Source: a virus
DNA: 63,469 nucleotides
Strand: one strand, 5' to 3'
Virus record (IMG/VR): IMGVR_UViG_3300045988_132430
Location: 1 to 63,469 of that record
Shown: positions 34,219 through 43,986 of the stretch, one piece after another
Numbering within the stretch: position 1 is the stretch's first letter
Layout: each line of letters begins with the position of its first letter
The notes under the pieces: generated by a model
Database searches by the model: none
What the model saw: the letters and a program-made list of their open reading frames with translations, nothing else
What the model was told of the DNA's origin: nothing
Translations under genes and position numbers: made by a program

Positions 34219-35667
34219 TTATTCTTCTCCATTTTGCCCACTATTGATAGCGGAAGCAAATATGTCTAACTTGGCTTGTGCTGCGCTTTCTGCCTGCAAC
34301 TGCTTAATCGTTTGCTCTGGATTGCTCACAAGGGGGTTTAGCTTAACACCATCCTCTTGCGACATGGTTGCCTTGCTTTGTGTTGAGAGGTTTATCATTT
34401 GCAACATCTCCATCTCATTCTTAGGAATGTACGGAGTGAAAACTGGCTCAACATTCAAGGTATCCACAATACGCTGAGGTGTTGCTTTTATACAATTTGC
34501 AATGCCATTCTTTACAATGTTAAAACGTCTTGTAAACATTTCCCCAAATAGCTCAACCTTTGTTTCTGCCTTTAAGTGTGGGTCAGTAAACATTAGTCGA
34601 ATGGCTGCACCACTTGTATTGTTGCCAAGGGTTTTCATATTCTCAAACGAAACGTCAGGTGTCTGTGTGTATGAGAATATGATGTTTGTAAGATTTGCTA
34701 CTTCTTGGCGCATGCTTTCGGGTGCTGAGTTCCATGAAACGACCTTCATGTCTGCGCCATCTCCTTCGCCTTGATATATTCTGCCAACCTCGCCTTTCTC
34801 GGCAAAGCCTTTCATCTTGCCTTTGAAAAAGTAAGTTGGCGCACCAAAGTAATCATTCACATCTCCCCAATTAGAGAGCAATTCTTCAAGTCGCTCAATT
34901 ACGGGCTGCACTGATTCCCATTCCGTTTCTTCTTGTCTGTAATACACAACTGGGATTTTGCCAAAGCCATGTGTCTTCGCATCAAGCAAAACAAGGTTCT
35001 CGCCATCATTTACATATCTGTATAGCATTGAAGACGTGTAAACATCAAAATGCACAGTTGTATTTCCTAACTCATCAAGAACATTGTACTTTCGTGCAAA
35101 GCCATCCATGCGATGATAATCATCGAAGTGAGGGTACAGAATATCGCCATGTATTGGAGATAACATCATTACACGAATATCATATCCGCTGTTATCATCT
35201 TTTGGTATCATATACCACAATTCTGCGCATTCACGACAACGGAACAAATTACGGGCAAGACGCTTGTCAAAGTAGTTTATTTTGTTGTTTTGGAATACTG
35301 ATATGGTTTCATTGTACAACTCTTGCAAACTTGCATCAACAACACCCTTGATGTTATACTTCACTTCTTCGGACAAGAGAAAGCCTACATCGCGCTCGCA
35401 TATCAATCGTTGAGCAGGAACAGCAATACGACATCTATCTACAAACTTCTTCTTGTAAACTGCATTCCCATTCTCATCCTTCTTATCGGTCTTAACCTTT
35501 ATAGCCTTCTTCTTGCGCTTGGTTTCATCCATTACAGCATGAAGCATTGGGTTGTATTCGGCTTCTGTTTCTTCTATTGATTTCTTAAAGCCCTGCTTAC
35601 GCGATGTTAGCAAGGTGTATATCTGCATCGGGTCGCCCAATGCCATTATTTCTGTTATTGCTTTCAT
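34219..35667 (-). CDS. Portal protein (SPP1 gp6-type)
   Basis: 482 aa, located between TerL and the MuF gene. Confidence 0.8.
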   Translation of the reverse strand: MKAITEIMALGDPMQIYTLLTSRKQGFKKSIEETEAEYNPMLHAVMDETKRKKKAIKVKTDKKDENGNAVYKKKFVDRCRIAVPAQRLICERDVGFLLSEEVKYNIKGVVDASLQELYNETISVFQNNKINYFDKRLARNLFRCRECAELWYMIPKDDNSGYDIRVMMLSPIHGDILYPHFDDYHRMDGFARKYNVLDELGNTTVHFDVYTSSMLYRYVNDGENLVLLDAKTHGFGKIPVVYYRQEETEWESVQPVIERLEELLSNWGDVNDYFGAPTYFFKGKMKGFAEKGEVGRIYQGEGDGADMKVVSWNSAPESMRQEVANLTNIIFSYTQTPDVSFENMKTLGNNTSGAAIRLMFTDPHLKAETKVELFGEMFTRRFNIVKNGIANCIKATPQRIVDTLNVEPVFTPYIPKNEMEMLQMINLSTQSKATMSQEDGVKLNPLVSNPEQTIKQLQAESAAQAKLDIFASAINSGQNGEE

Positions 35668-35673
35668 TGTTTG

Positions 35674-36930
35674 TTACATTAAATCGATAAATTCGTCAGC
35701 GTCGAGTCCGTTGCTGTTTTGACCTAATAACTTGTCAAGAACAACATAGCGTATGCCGTCCAAGCAGTGATTATAGGCATCGATAGGCTCATTTAACCAC
35801 TTGCCTTCTTTGTTTTGTCTGTATGTGTAATTACGGAACTCTTTCAGCACGTTTGTACTTCTCCTCGTTACACACATCTTCATTTCCTGCATCTTCTGAA
35901 TACCTGCCATGATTGAACCTGAGAATTTCCGCACGGGGTGTATATCAAGTCCAGCGTTGGCTATTTCGTCAATTAGGCGAGGGTCTGCGCTCTCTGAGAT
36001 AATCTCTACGTTTTCACCGCATTCTTTATTTGCATCCTTCAGTACGCGTATTATGTCAGCAGCAAGCATGTGCGTTTGATAGCATACTTCGTCAATCCAC
36101 AGTGTACCATCATTGATGTACACATCCACGATAGCAGTTGGGTCGTTGGTGTAACCGAAGTCCATACCTCTGTAGTGGTGTTTCTTATGCCAACGTGGAA
36201 TCTCGTCTATTTCCTCGACATTCTCAAATATCAAGCCTTCTACCATTGCTTGCAGCCCAAGACCATAAATGCGCCACAGCGAAGGATTCTTGTGTTTAAG
36301 GCTTTCGATTTCATCAATAACCTTTTGCTCCAAGAATGGATTATCTTTGTAAGTAGTGATAAAATGATAAGTCTTAGGCTCTTTATTCAGTGTGCATAGC
36401 CAGTGGTCATCCGTAAAAGAGGGGTTGTAGTCAATAATAGAGAACTTAGTAGTACGCATTTGCAGCTGCTGCCATTCAATAAACTTTAGCTCGTTACCTT
36501 CATTAACGTACAAAATCTGACGCTTACGACCGCGCAACTTTTGCTCGTTATCGCATGAGAAAAACTCCACCCATGAACCATTTTGGAAGGTGCAAATCAA
36601 TTCTGATTTATTGAACTTGCATTCTCCCCAAATGTTCATATCTTGCATTACTTTTATAAAGTCACGGAGAACAGAACCTTTGAGCGAGGGTAGAGTAGCA
36701 CGAACAACTGACACTGTCGTATGTGGGTTATTCAAGCAATATGCACACAACCAAATAATGGTGTTGTATGTCTTTGATGAACGGCTACTTCCTTGTTCGC
36801 TAACTGTCGTATAACCGCGAATGTAGGCTTTGTTAATCTCTGAAAAGATTCTTGTTGTCTGTATTTTATTCTTCCTCTTCTTCGTCATTATCGTCCGTAT
36901 CAACTTGTTCTCTACTATCAATGATTTCAA
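35674..36930 (-). CDS. terL: Terminase large subunit
   Basis: 418 aa with a Walker-A-like GSSRSSKT. It is adjacent to the portal gene. The true start may be Met15 (36888). Confidence 0.8.
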   Translation of the reverse strand: MKSLIVENKLIRTIMTKKRKNKIQTTRIFSEINKAYIRGYTTVSEQGSSRSSKTYNTIIWLCAYCLNNPHTTVSVVRATLPSLKGSVLRDFIKVMQDMNIWGECKFNKSELICTFQNGSWVEFFSCDNEQKLRGRKRQILYVNEGNELKFIEWQQLQMRTTKFSIIDYNPSFTDDHWLCTLNKEPKTYHFITTYKDNPFLEQKVIDEIESLKHKNPSLWRIYGLGLQAMVEGLIFENVEEIDEIPRWHKKHHYRGMDFGYTNDPTAIVDVYINDGTLWIDEVCYQTHMLAADIIRVLKDANKECGENVEIISESADPRLIDEIANAGLDIHPVRKFSGSIMAGIQKMQEMKMCVTRRSTNVLKEFRNYTYRQNKEGKWLNEPIDAYNHCLDGIRYVVLDKLLGQNSNGLDADEFIDLM

Positions 36931-37477
36931 CCATTAAAGGCTCGCGAGCAATATCCTTTCCATTGGTAGTAACGTCAAGTTTCTTCGGAACATAAAGTCC
37001 TAACAACTTCCTACGCTCTATAAGCATCTTATTGATAAATTCAAGGTAGCGTATATCGCCATGACAATTCACATTCTCAGACATCTGTTCCATCTTTACG
37101 GTCACGACATTCTCACCGCCTGATTCCTCAGAAGGAACACCAACTTGCCTACTTTGCTTCTTGTCATAGTCAAGCTTCGATTTTTCCCACGCAGCCCACG
37201 CTTCCTTAATCAACTCGTCAATACGCTGCAATTCAAGTTGGATATTCGCGTCAATACTCTTTATCCTCGTTTCTTGCCATTCTGCTAATAGGCGATTAAC
37301 GTCTTTGTGTACAGTCTGTAAAGAGTACGTTGGTAAGTCAAGGCGAGCCATGACTTCCTCACGTATCTCACGGAACGTATACCCACGCTTGTACAACTTG
37401 CTTATAATATCCATTCGTACATATTGCGCGTGTCGGTAATCGCACATCTTCATCTTTTTTTTTATTAGGTTAGCCAT
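36866..37477 (-). CDS. Terminase small subunit (putative)
   Basis: 203 aa with an N-terminal HTH-like segment RGYTFREIREEV...SLQTVHKDVNRLL and an acidic tail. It is upstream of and overlaps TerL. Confidence 0.55.
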   Translation of the reverse strand: MANLIKKKMKMCDYRHAQYVRMDIISKLYKRGYTFREIREEVMARLDLPTYSLQTVHKDVNRLLAEWQETRIKSIDANIQLELQRIDELIKEAWAAWEKSKLDYDKKQSRQVGVPSEESGGENVVTVKMEQMSENVNCHGDIRYLEFINKMLIERRKLLGLYVPKKLDVTTNGKDIAREPLMVEIIDSREQVDTDDNDEEEEE

Positions 37478-38721
37478 TATTTTTCACCATTATATTTATA
37501 GATGAGATTTCCTTCTTCGTCTTTTCCAACTGGGATAATAACGCCTTCAAACATCTTGTAAGGATTCTGACCTGCTTGCGGATTATTCCAAAGCCAACGC
37601 ATATATGCAGCCATTGACATGCCTTCAAACTTTGCACGTCTTTCACAAGTGCACGTATTGAAACCTTCCGCTTTCTTCCACTCGTATTGATGTAGTTCTT
37701 CTATATCTTTCTTTATGTCTGAATACCTTACAAGCCCATCTTTTGCATGCTTGGCTATTTGCAAAGCTTCACAGAATTGCCCCTTTGAGTAATTCCATGT
37801 TGGCGGTAAGCCACAGCAAGAACCATTGTGGCAGAGTTCTTTGAAGTGTGCATCAGATACGTAAAAGCGCATTCCGAGTTCATCACAAAGATTCTTCATG
37901 TTCTTAAAGAACGGCTCTTTAATCTTTCTGTTAAGACGTAAATACCCAGTAGAAACGCTATATTTCTTGTAGAACTCCATCAGGTCGAAGCCTGCTAATT
38001 TATTCAACATTGGCATATAGTGTTTAAGCGTATTACTTCGTTGCTCAACGCAGAAGAACTCAGTACTGAGTGCAGTTGCACCTCTGTTGGCTGCTTCTCT
38101 GATAAGGTCAAGATACGTTTTTGAAGAAACACCAACAATGAATGGGCGAAGTCTTAAGGTTGCCCCACCTGCATCAGCTTCGGCAATTCTTCTGATAGCT
38201 TCAAGTCTTTGCAAGGGAGTTGGTACACCACGTTCTATGACGTGTGCATCGTGTTCATCAAGCGTAATAATGCTAAACTTGAAGTTCCAATTCTTCTGTC
38301 CGCGAATTAGCTCCATGTAGCGTTCATCTTCTGTAAACCATGCAGCTTTCGTTGAGAAACATAGCGGATAATCTATCTCTTTGAAAAAACGCAACAATTC
38401 AAGCGTTTTTCCATACTTACGCTCATAACCATCAAATTGGTCTGACATTCCACCCCACTGCATCACTCTTCGCTGTTTGATGTAGGTTGCGAATTGTCCT
38501 GCATACTTATCAGGGTCTGTGAACATTTTCTTTATCTTCTCAATATTCACATATTTCACATCCTTATTCAAATAATGCTCTTTACAAGAGCCTAATGCTC
38601 GCTGAAATTGAGCAAAACAATACATACAGCCGAAAGCGCAATTACTATACGTGTCGAACGTCATAGGCATTGAGCAATCGGCAATTTCTGCTGTCCATCT
38701 TGGAGAACTATAATATTGCAT
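37477..38721 (-). CDS. Radical SAM enzyme (SplB/COG1533-like)
   Basis: The CxxxCxxC motif occurs in YSNCAFGCMYCFAQ near the N-terminus. 414 aa. Confidence 0.75.
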   Translation of the reverse strand: MQYYSSPRWTAEIADCSMPMTFDTYSNCAFGCMYCFAQFQRALGSCKEHYLNKDVKYVNIEKIKKMFTDPDKYAGQFATYIKQRRVMQWGGMSDQFDGYERKYGKTLELLRFFKEIDYPLCFSTKAAWFTEDERYMELIRGQKNWNFKFSIITLDEHDAHVIERGVPTPLQRLEAIRRIAEADAGGATLRLRPFIVGVSSKTYLDLIREAANRGATALSTEFFCVEQRSNTLKHYMPMLNKLAGFDLMEFYKKYSVSTGYLRLNRKIKEPFFKNMKNLCDELGMRFYVSDAHFKELCHNGSCCGLPPTWNYSKGQFCEALQIAKHAKDGLVRYSDIKKDIEELHQYEWKKAEGFNTCTCERRAKFEGMSMAAYMRWLWNNPQAGQNPYKMFEGVIIPVGKDEEGNLIYKYNGEK

Positions 38722-38726
38722 CGATT

Positions 38727-39158
38727 TTAAATTTTGATTTTTAGTTCCATTTCGTAATCATTTCCTTTTACGTCTATGATATTTGCACCCATTTTGAGCC
38801 AAAAATGTTGTGCGCTCTCGTTAATAGGGGTTCTGAATGTTAAGGTGTCAAATCCGCTTTCTTTCATTTGTAGAAGTAAGCGAGAGAGAATTTTACGTCC
38901 AATACCATTTCTTTGATATTCGCTAATGACGGCAATTTCTATAAGTCGAATGTGGTTTTTACAGCGGTTTGCGTAGTAGAATGCTATTGGCAAACCATCC
39001 TTGCTCCAGACCTTGCTCCAGACCTTGCTCCAGACCTTGCCTTTTGTAACGTAATTTATTCTTCTAAAATAGTTATAAGACTGCTTAGCTGTCTTTGAAC
39101 CACAATTATAGCAAATATCCTTTACGAGTTCATCGTTGTAATTTTGCTCACTCCACAT
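38727..39158 (-). CDS. GNAT-family N-acetyltransferase
   Basis: IAVISEYQRNGIGRKILSRL (Q/RxxGxG motif). 143 aa. Contains a 12-bp x 3 repeat (KVWS x 3) at 39001-39036. Confidence 0.7.
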   Translation of the reverse strand: MWSEQNYNDELVKDICYNCGSKTAKQSYNYFRRINYVTKGKVWSKVWSKVWSKDGLPIAFYYANRCKNHIRLIEIAVISEYQRNGIGRKILSRLLLQMKESGFDTLTFRTPINESAQHFWLKMGANIIDVKGNDYEMELKIKI

Positions 39159-39681
39159 ATTTTTTTGCCGTTTTTAGAATGAATGACAATATGCGTTCAT
39201 GCTCTTCTTTGGTATTGTTCCAAACACGCTGCACATTGTATTTTTTTACAAAATTCTCTACCTTGCTTCTTCTGCTTTTTAAGAATGTTTCAGTCTGGTT
39301 ATCTCCTCGCTTTGCATGTCTTTTTTTAAGGACGCGCTCATCAGCGTCAATCAGCAATAACAGAGCCTTTGTTTCCCTTAAAAAGCGGATATTGAAAAGT
39401 CTGTCACCCTCAACGAATATCACATTTTTTTGTTTGCTTTTATCGAGTTGTTTTACATAAGCAATAGCATCGTCAATAACAGTCATACTTAGCCTATCTG
39501 TACCCTCAAATGTAGAGCCATCAAACACTCCAAGCATTTTGAATGCGCCATTCTCAACACCCTTACATTTGCCAAACTTAAACTCGGTTGCTTCATTAAA
39601 AAGATGTTCTCTAATCCTTTTAAATAAGGTAGTTTTACCGCTTGCAGGTACACCTGCTATGTATATAACATTTACACTCAT
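39148..39681 (-). CDS. P-loop kinase-like protein
   Basis: Walker A GVPASGKTT at residues 10-18. 177 aa. Start and stop codons overlap both neighbours. Confidence 0.65.
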   Translation of the reverse strand: MSVNVIYIAGVPASGKTTLFKRIREHLFNEATEFKFGKCKGVENGAFKMLGVFDGSTFEGTDRLSMTVIDDAIAYVKQLDKSKQKNVIFVEGDRLFNIRFLRETKALLLLIDADERVLKKRHAKRGDNQTETFLKSRRSKVENFVKKYNVQRVWNNTKEEHERILSFILKTAKKYVE

Positions 39682-40355
39682 AACAAACTGATTATAATGT
39701 TTTTATACTCAGAATCAACGATATTATCCAACAGCCTTTCAGTATAATAACCATCCCAACGAGTACCCTTGATAAACTTTGCAACTGCACATATGGAAGT
39801 TTCTATAGCAAAGCAATTGTCTGCTGTGTCCTTTTTAGCACGTTCTAAGAATGCATTGAGAGCGTTGAGGTCATTTGTTCCGATGATATGCACTGCACCT
39901 TTTGTGTAGTTTTCGTTGGTTTCCCACTTAAAACGCAGATTGTCATACCATTTAGGACGGAAGCAGTTATAATATACTTCGAGGAACAGAAATGCAGTGT
40001 AGCGACCAAAGAAAAACCACTTACGAACTGTGTTGTACGCTTCCTCGGTCGTTTTACAAGATTGTAGAGAATGAAGCATACTGACATTTAGCTCTTTAAG
40101 CAATCTATCGTATGCTCCATTGCAGCGCACAAAACGTCTGTCTGTACGGAACACGAGATCTTTCTTTTGAGTGTTTGTAGGCTTAAATAGCAGAAGCAGC
40201 GCACTCGGGATATGGTAAGTCATTGAGTAGAAATAAATCAACTTGAACGTGTCCCATTGTGACAAGTTAAAATATTTGGCAAGTGAAGCAATCATACGTT
40301 CCTCCACGGCTGCATCTCCTCTTCTATGGTACGCTATATATTCGTTGTAATTCAT
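39678..40355 (-). CDS. All-helical protein, candidate aGPT-pyrophosphorylase/HhH-glycosylase-like DNA base-modifying enzyme
   Basis: 225 aa. FRTDRRFVRCNGAY, FFFGRYTAFLFLEVY and TKGAVHIIG segments, with a translationally coupled P-loop kinase downstream. The assignment is tentative. Confidence 0.3.
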   Translation of the reverse strand: MNYNEYIAYHRRGDAAVEERMIASLAKYFNLSQWDTFKLIYFYSMTYHIPSALLLLFKPTNTQKKDLVFRTDRRFVRCNGAYDRLLKELNVSMLHSLQSCKTTEEAYNTVRKWFFFGRYTAFLFLEVYYNCFRPKWYDNLRFKWETNENYTKGAVHIIGTNDLNALNAFLERAKKDTADNCFAIETSICAVAKFIKGTRWDGYYTERLLDNIVDSEYKNIIISLL

Positions 40356-40360
40356 TGCAT

Positions 40361-41221
40361 CTACTTTTCGTTAGCATTGTCAGCAGCAATGTCTTCTCCA
40401 GTTATTTCGTGAATATTATAAACCACCTTATCAATCTTCGCAAGCCCGAGCAACATTGCAACATCTTGTTCTCTTTCGCTTGGGTAGACGATAATAACTC
40501 GCTTCATAGCAGTTTCATCAGAACCATGCAATTTAGGCAACTCATTCGGCTGCAAGTCAAGACCTTGCAATTCTGGTGGAAGATTGTCTAAGGAGTTTTC
40601 CCCTAACGATTCTTCAACATTCAAGTTTTCGCTTTGGGCATCTCCCCCTGCTTCAAAATCTACAGAAGGTTTATTCTCCGATGTGTTCGTGTTGCTTTCA
40701 CTACTACCGAAGTCGTTACCGAAGCTCATACTATCAGTATTCCACACTGGCACGCCCCAATCGTTAAGGCTTTCTGTATTCCATTTGTTGGCAAGGGCTT
40801 CGAAGTCCCATTGTCCTGAACTTACATTATCCTTGATGACAAACTGCTTGCGCTCGTTCTCTGTCAGTTCACTTGCGTTGATTACGAACGCATAAGGAGA
40901 GCAAATCCATTCGTTCCACCATTTAACGACTGCTTCTTTTTCTCCTTGTGCTTTTTCCTTGAAGTCGTTGACTTTTGATAGAGTTGACTTAATATCATCA
41001 ATCGACATTGTTGATATTTTTTTCAGCGCACGCAAACGCATGTTACCACCGATAACTTCATTCTTGCCATCAATTACGATAGGTCGAATAATTTGCATCT
41101 TAGGGAACACGAGGATTGAGCGTACAAGTTGCATGAACTTCTCGCTTGTAATCTCTCGAGGGTTGTTAACACTCTCTTTGATTTGACTGATTTTCAGTTT
41201 TTCTGTCTTTTCTAATTTCAT
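40361..41221 (-). CDS. ParB N-terminal (ParB/Srx nuclease-like) domain protein
   Basis: SVNNPREITSEKF...IIRPIVIDGKNEVIGGNMRLRALKK, with an acidic C-terminal half. Confidence 0.65.
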   Translation of the reverse strand: MKLEKTEKLKISQIKESVNNPREITSEKFMQLVRSILVFPKMQIIRPIVIDGKNEVIGGNMRLRALKKISTMSIDDIKSTLSKVNDFKEKAQGEKEAVVKWWNEWICSPYAFVINASELTENERKQFVIKDNVSSGQWDFEALANKWNTESLNDWGVPVWNTDSMSFGNDFGSSESNTNTSENKPSVDFEAGGDAQSENLNVEESLGENSLDNLPPELQGLDLQPNELPKLHGSDETAMKRVIIVYPSEREQDVAMLLGLAKIDKVVYNIHEITGEDIAADNANEK

Positions 41222-41309
41222 TGCTTTGTTTGTATTATAATTGTTTGTAATTTTCTACTTCCATTTACCCTTCTTAATCAAGACTTCATTCAACTTTTGT
41301 AGGTTGTCG

Positions 41310-41765
41310 CTATTTGTTGTTTTTTTTACCTACATTGTCAATGTTCCTTTTTAAAGAGTAAAGCTCGCTAACAACTTGTTCTGCTCGCGTTTTGTTGGAA
41401 TATCCTCTGTCTGCATTATATCTAAGAGCTTCGATTTTATCGCTAATCTTTGAGTTTAAAGAGCTTAATCGTTCTCTGTAATATGTTTCGATATTGTATA
41501 GTCCTTCAACACTTTCGAGATTGAGGTTGTTTACAGTATCTTTTACAGCGTCAACTGCTTCTTTGTACAGACCTTTTAGCTCTTTTGCAAGAGCGGTTCT
41601 TGAACCTTTATAGTAATCAGCATTTCGCTCTATCTCTGAAAATTCTTCGCTGTTCAGGATGTCTTTGCGCAACTCAGTCTTTAGGTTGCTTTCTGTCGAA
41701 GCGTTATTTGCCCTATTCCTTGTTCCTCCACTATACTTCATATTCAATTTGTTTTCTGTTATCAA
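41310..41765 (-). CDS. Hypothetical helical protein
   Basis: 151-aa ORF that overlaps the upstream gene by 35 nt. Confidence 0.5.
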   Translation of the reverse strand: MITENKLNMKYSGGTRNRANNASTESNLKTELRKDILNSEEFSEIERNADYYKGSRTALAKELKGLYKEAVDAVKDTVNNLNLESVEGLYNIETYYRERLSSLNSKISDKIEALRYNADRGYSNKTRAEQVVSELYSLKRNIDNVGKKNNK

Positions 41766-42483
41766 TAACTTGCTTGTCGAGCAAATCCTGCAGCGTTGGA
41801 ATAGCTTTGCCCATGTCCCATTCTTTCTTGAACAAGGCAGTATTCTGTGCCATTCTCTGAATAGACTTGTATTTGTTCTTTATGATGATGACAGGTGTAA
41901 CGTATACCGCGCCATGCTCTTTGCACCATTGTTTGATAACTTCACCACCGCCATACACAACGAATGTAAGGTTATTGCCATCTGCAATGCGCTTAGCAAT
42001 TTCGTATTCAAAGTTTAGCCCATTCACTCTATCCTCATAACCACGTGTACAGAATGCGCTCCAACCTTTCGGAACTCCAAGCAGATTGAATGCGTAGAAC
42101 TTGTTAGCGACATTCAGGTCAACGAATACGCGGATGCCTTTCTCCTGCATCTGCCTTGCAATTATTCGTTTTTTGTATACTGCTTGCAGACCGAACGCAA
42201 TAGGCGTTTCGTTGAATAGCGAGAAGTTAGGTTCTACAATCTGTGCTGGATTGTGTTGCAATATCTTTTCGGGGTGCTCAAAAATGCTGTTGAATCGATA
42301 ATCATCCGTGTAGAAATGTAGAGTACCACCTCCGTTCATTTTGAATGTTCGCTTTTGTTCTCCGAAGCAGACAAAGGGTATTTCGCAGCACGTTGCTTGC
42401 ATGTCAAGTCTTAGGCTTGGCACTTCGAAGTCGTTATCAGTCGGAAATAACGCGTCTGGTATGTACGATAATTCATTTTTCAT
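41731..42483 (-). CDS. DUF4417-like protein
   Basis: 250 aa. GTLHFYTDDYRFNSIFEHPEKIL is typical of DUF4417, which is often paired with ParB-like genes in phages. Confidence 0.5.
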   Translation of the reverse strand: MKNELSYIPDALFPTDNDFEVPSLRLDMQATCCEIPFVCFGEQKRTFKMNGGGTLHFYTDDYRFNSIFEHPEKILQHNPAQIVEPNFSLFNETPIAFGLQAVYKKRIIARQMQEKGIRVFVDLNVANKFYAFNLLGVPKGWSAFCTRGYEDRVNGLNFEYEIAKRIADGNNLTFVVYGGGEVIKQWCKEHGAVYVTPVIIIKNKYKSIQRMAQNTALFKKEWDMGKAIPTLQDLLDKQVIDNRKQIEYEV

Positions 42484-42542
42484 ATTGCGATATTACGCAA
42501 AAGAGCTAAGTACTTTAGTGTACTCAGCTCTAATTTCCCGAT

Positions 42543-42890
42543 TTATACCTCTTTTATTGCAATTCCATGCACATAACGCAATAATTTGCGTTTAATGATA
42601 TAAGTAGCATTTGAAAGTGTTATCGCAGATTTCACATCCTCAACAACTTGCTTTCCATCTTGAATATAGGTAAAATCAGCGACATAATTGCAAGCCCGTT
42701 CTACGACCTTCCCTTTTTCGTTTCGTTGTGATGGGATAAGTTCAAAGCTAACTTGTCGCTTTAAATCCTTTATTCTACCGCGTTTTTGTAGGTCAAGTAA
42801 GTAAATGTACCGCTTCCACTCTTTAATGCTGTCAAATCGCCCGAATTTGTTTTTAATCGTGGTGTTTTTGTATTTGTTCTCTCGCTTCAT
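42543..42890 (-). CDS. DUF1064 (resolvase/nuclease-fold) protein
   Basis: FGRFDSIKEWKRYIYL...YVADFTY...VVEDVKS...YIIKRKLL pattern. 115 aa. Confidence 0.6.
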   Translation of the reverse strand: MKRENKYKNTTIKNKFGRFDSIKEWKRYIYLLDLQKRGRIKDLKRQVSFELIPSQRNEKGKVVERACNYVADFTYIQDGKQVVEDVKSAITLSNATYIIKRKLLRYVHGIAIKEV

Positions 42891-42912
42891 TCTTGCTATC
42901 TTTATATTAAAA

Positions 42913-42920
42913 CAAAATTA
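42913..42920 (-). promoter_or_regulatory. -7 box TAATTTTG at the start of the late operon
   Basis: The minus strand reads GGGTAATTTTGTTTT about 25 nt upstream of the ATG at 42890. Confidence 0.35.
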
Positions 42921-42933
42921 CCCAATAATAAGC

Positions 42934-42970
42934 AAAAAACCGACAGACTTAATAGTCTATCGGTCTTTTT
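42934..42970. terminator. Bidirectional terminator separating the early and late transcription units
   Basis: A6 run, then stem ACCGA-c-AGACT / AGTCT-a-TCGGT, then CTTTTT. Confidence 0.6.
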
Positions 42971-42992
42971 CTAACTTATACCATTTAAATGT

Positions 42993-43229
42993 TCACTGTA
43001 TCTTGTTCTCTGCCTTAAGCTTACACAACTTTTTAGAGCGACGCAACCATGCTGAAAATCTTTGGCAATATCGATTTGCTTCCCTACCAGAAGGAGAATA
43101 ATGACTTACAACTATTGTTGCTCTATCATATTTATGTTTCAAAGTACAAAATTCTTTAATATTTTGTTCGTCTTTATGTAAAAATTCATAGAAACGTTTG
43201 ATATGTTTCCGTGCTTGCCTTAACTTCAT
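42993..43229 (-). CDS. Hypothetical basic protein
   Basis: 78-aa ORF, last gene of the early operon. Confidence 0.5.
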   Translation of the reverse strand: MKLRQARKHIKRFYEFLHKDEQNIKEFCTLKHKYDRATIVVSHYSPSGREANRYCQRFSAWLRRSKKLCKLKAENKIQ

Positions 43230-43230
43230 G

Positions 43231-43398
43231 TCAAATTGTTTTATTGGTTATAAACTTTGGGCAATCTCTACCTTCAACAAGGCATTTGTGCTCGTTTATG
43301 AATGTTTCTCCGAACCTTGCAGTGTGCGAGAGAGCGTACCGAAGACATGCTTCACGCTTGTTGCAGTTATTGCCGTGGCATGGATTTAGTTTGCTCAT
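43231..43398 (-). CDS. Small Cys-rich hypothetical protein (below the track threshold)
   Basis: 55 codons beginning MSKLNPCHGNNCNKREACLRY... The ATG overlaps the upstream stop (ATGA), and the stop lies 1 nt before the next ATG. Confidence 0.5.
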   Translation of the reverse strand: MSKLNPCHGNNCNKREACLRYALSHTARFGETFINEHKCLVEGRDCPKFITNKTI

Positions 43399-43970
43399 AA
43401 TCGTTTTATTTGTTCCTTAATCCATTTCCTTAACCATTGCTTTTGCTTTTCTGTAGCAGGATAGCAGTCCGTTATGTAGCCGTAATGATAATTGTACGGC
43501 TTATGCTGTAGTTCTCCGCGAGCATTATCGGCATAAGCAATGTAATGCACTTCGCCATTCGCACCAAGATGATGTATTTGCACAATCGAGTCATCTGACG
43601 CATGAACAATATCTCCACAATTTACCATGTTGGCTTCAAGCTTAAAACGGAACTGCCTACGAAGAAAAGCATTTTGCTTGATATATGCTTCCATTTCCTC
43701 TTTAGAATGCGTGCCTTCCCATAGGAAATCAGTGTGACAACCACCGCGTGCATCATCAACCGACCAAGGAACTGCATACACAGACCACTCAGAACCGAAT
43801 AATTTTGCTTGGCTATAAGTGCCATATTTTCTTATCCAGACAAGCATGGCACCATCGAAACGCGCCCAATAGTCATATTTTACATCAGGCAAATCTGAAT
43901 TGATAGGCAGGGCATAATGCCCAGCACAACCATTCGTTCCGTAATAGAACATTCGTTGTTTCTTTTCCAT
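43395..43970 (-). CDS. Hypothetical protein
   Basis: 191-aa ORF. Confidence 0.6.
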   Translation of the reverse strand: MEKKQRMFYYGTNGCAGHYALPINSDLPDVKYDYWARFDGAMLVWIRKYGTYSQAKLFGSEWSVYAVPWSVDDARGGCHTDFLWEGTHSKEEMEAYIKQNAFLRRQFRFKLEANMVNCGDIVHASDDSIVQIHHLGANGEVHYIAYADNARGELQHKPYNYHYGYITDCYPATEKQKQWLRKWIKEQIKRL

Positions 43971-43986
43971 ATTGTTTTGAGTAATG

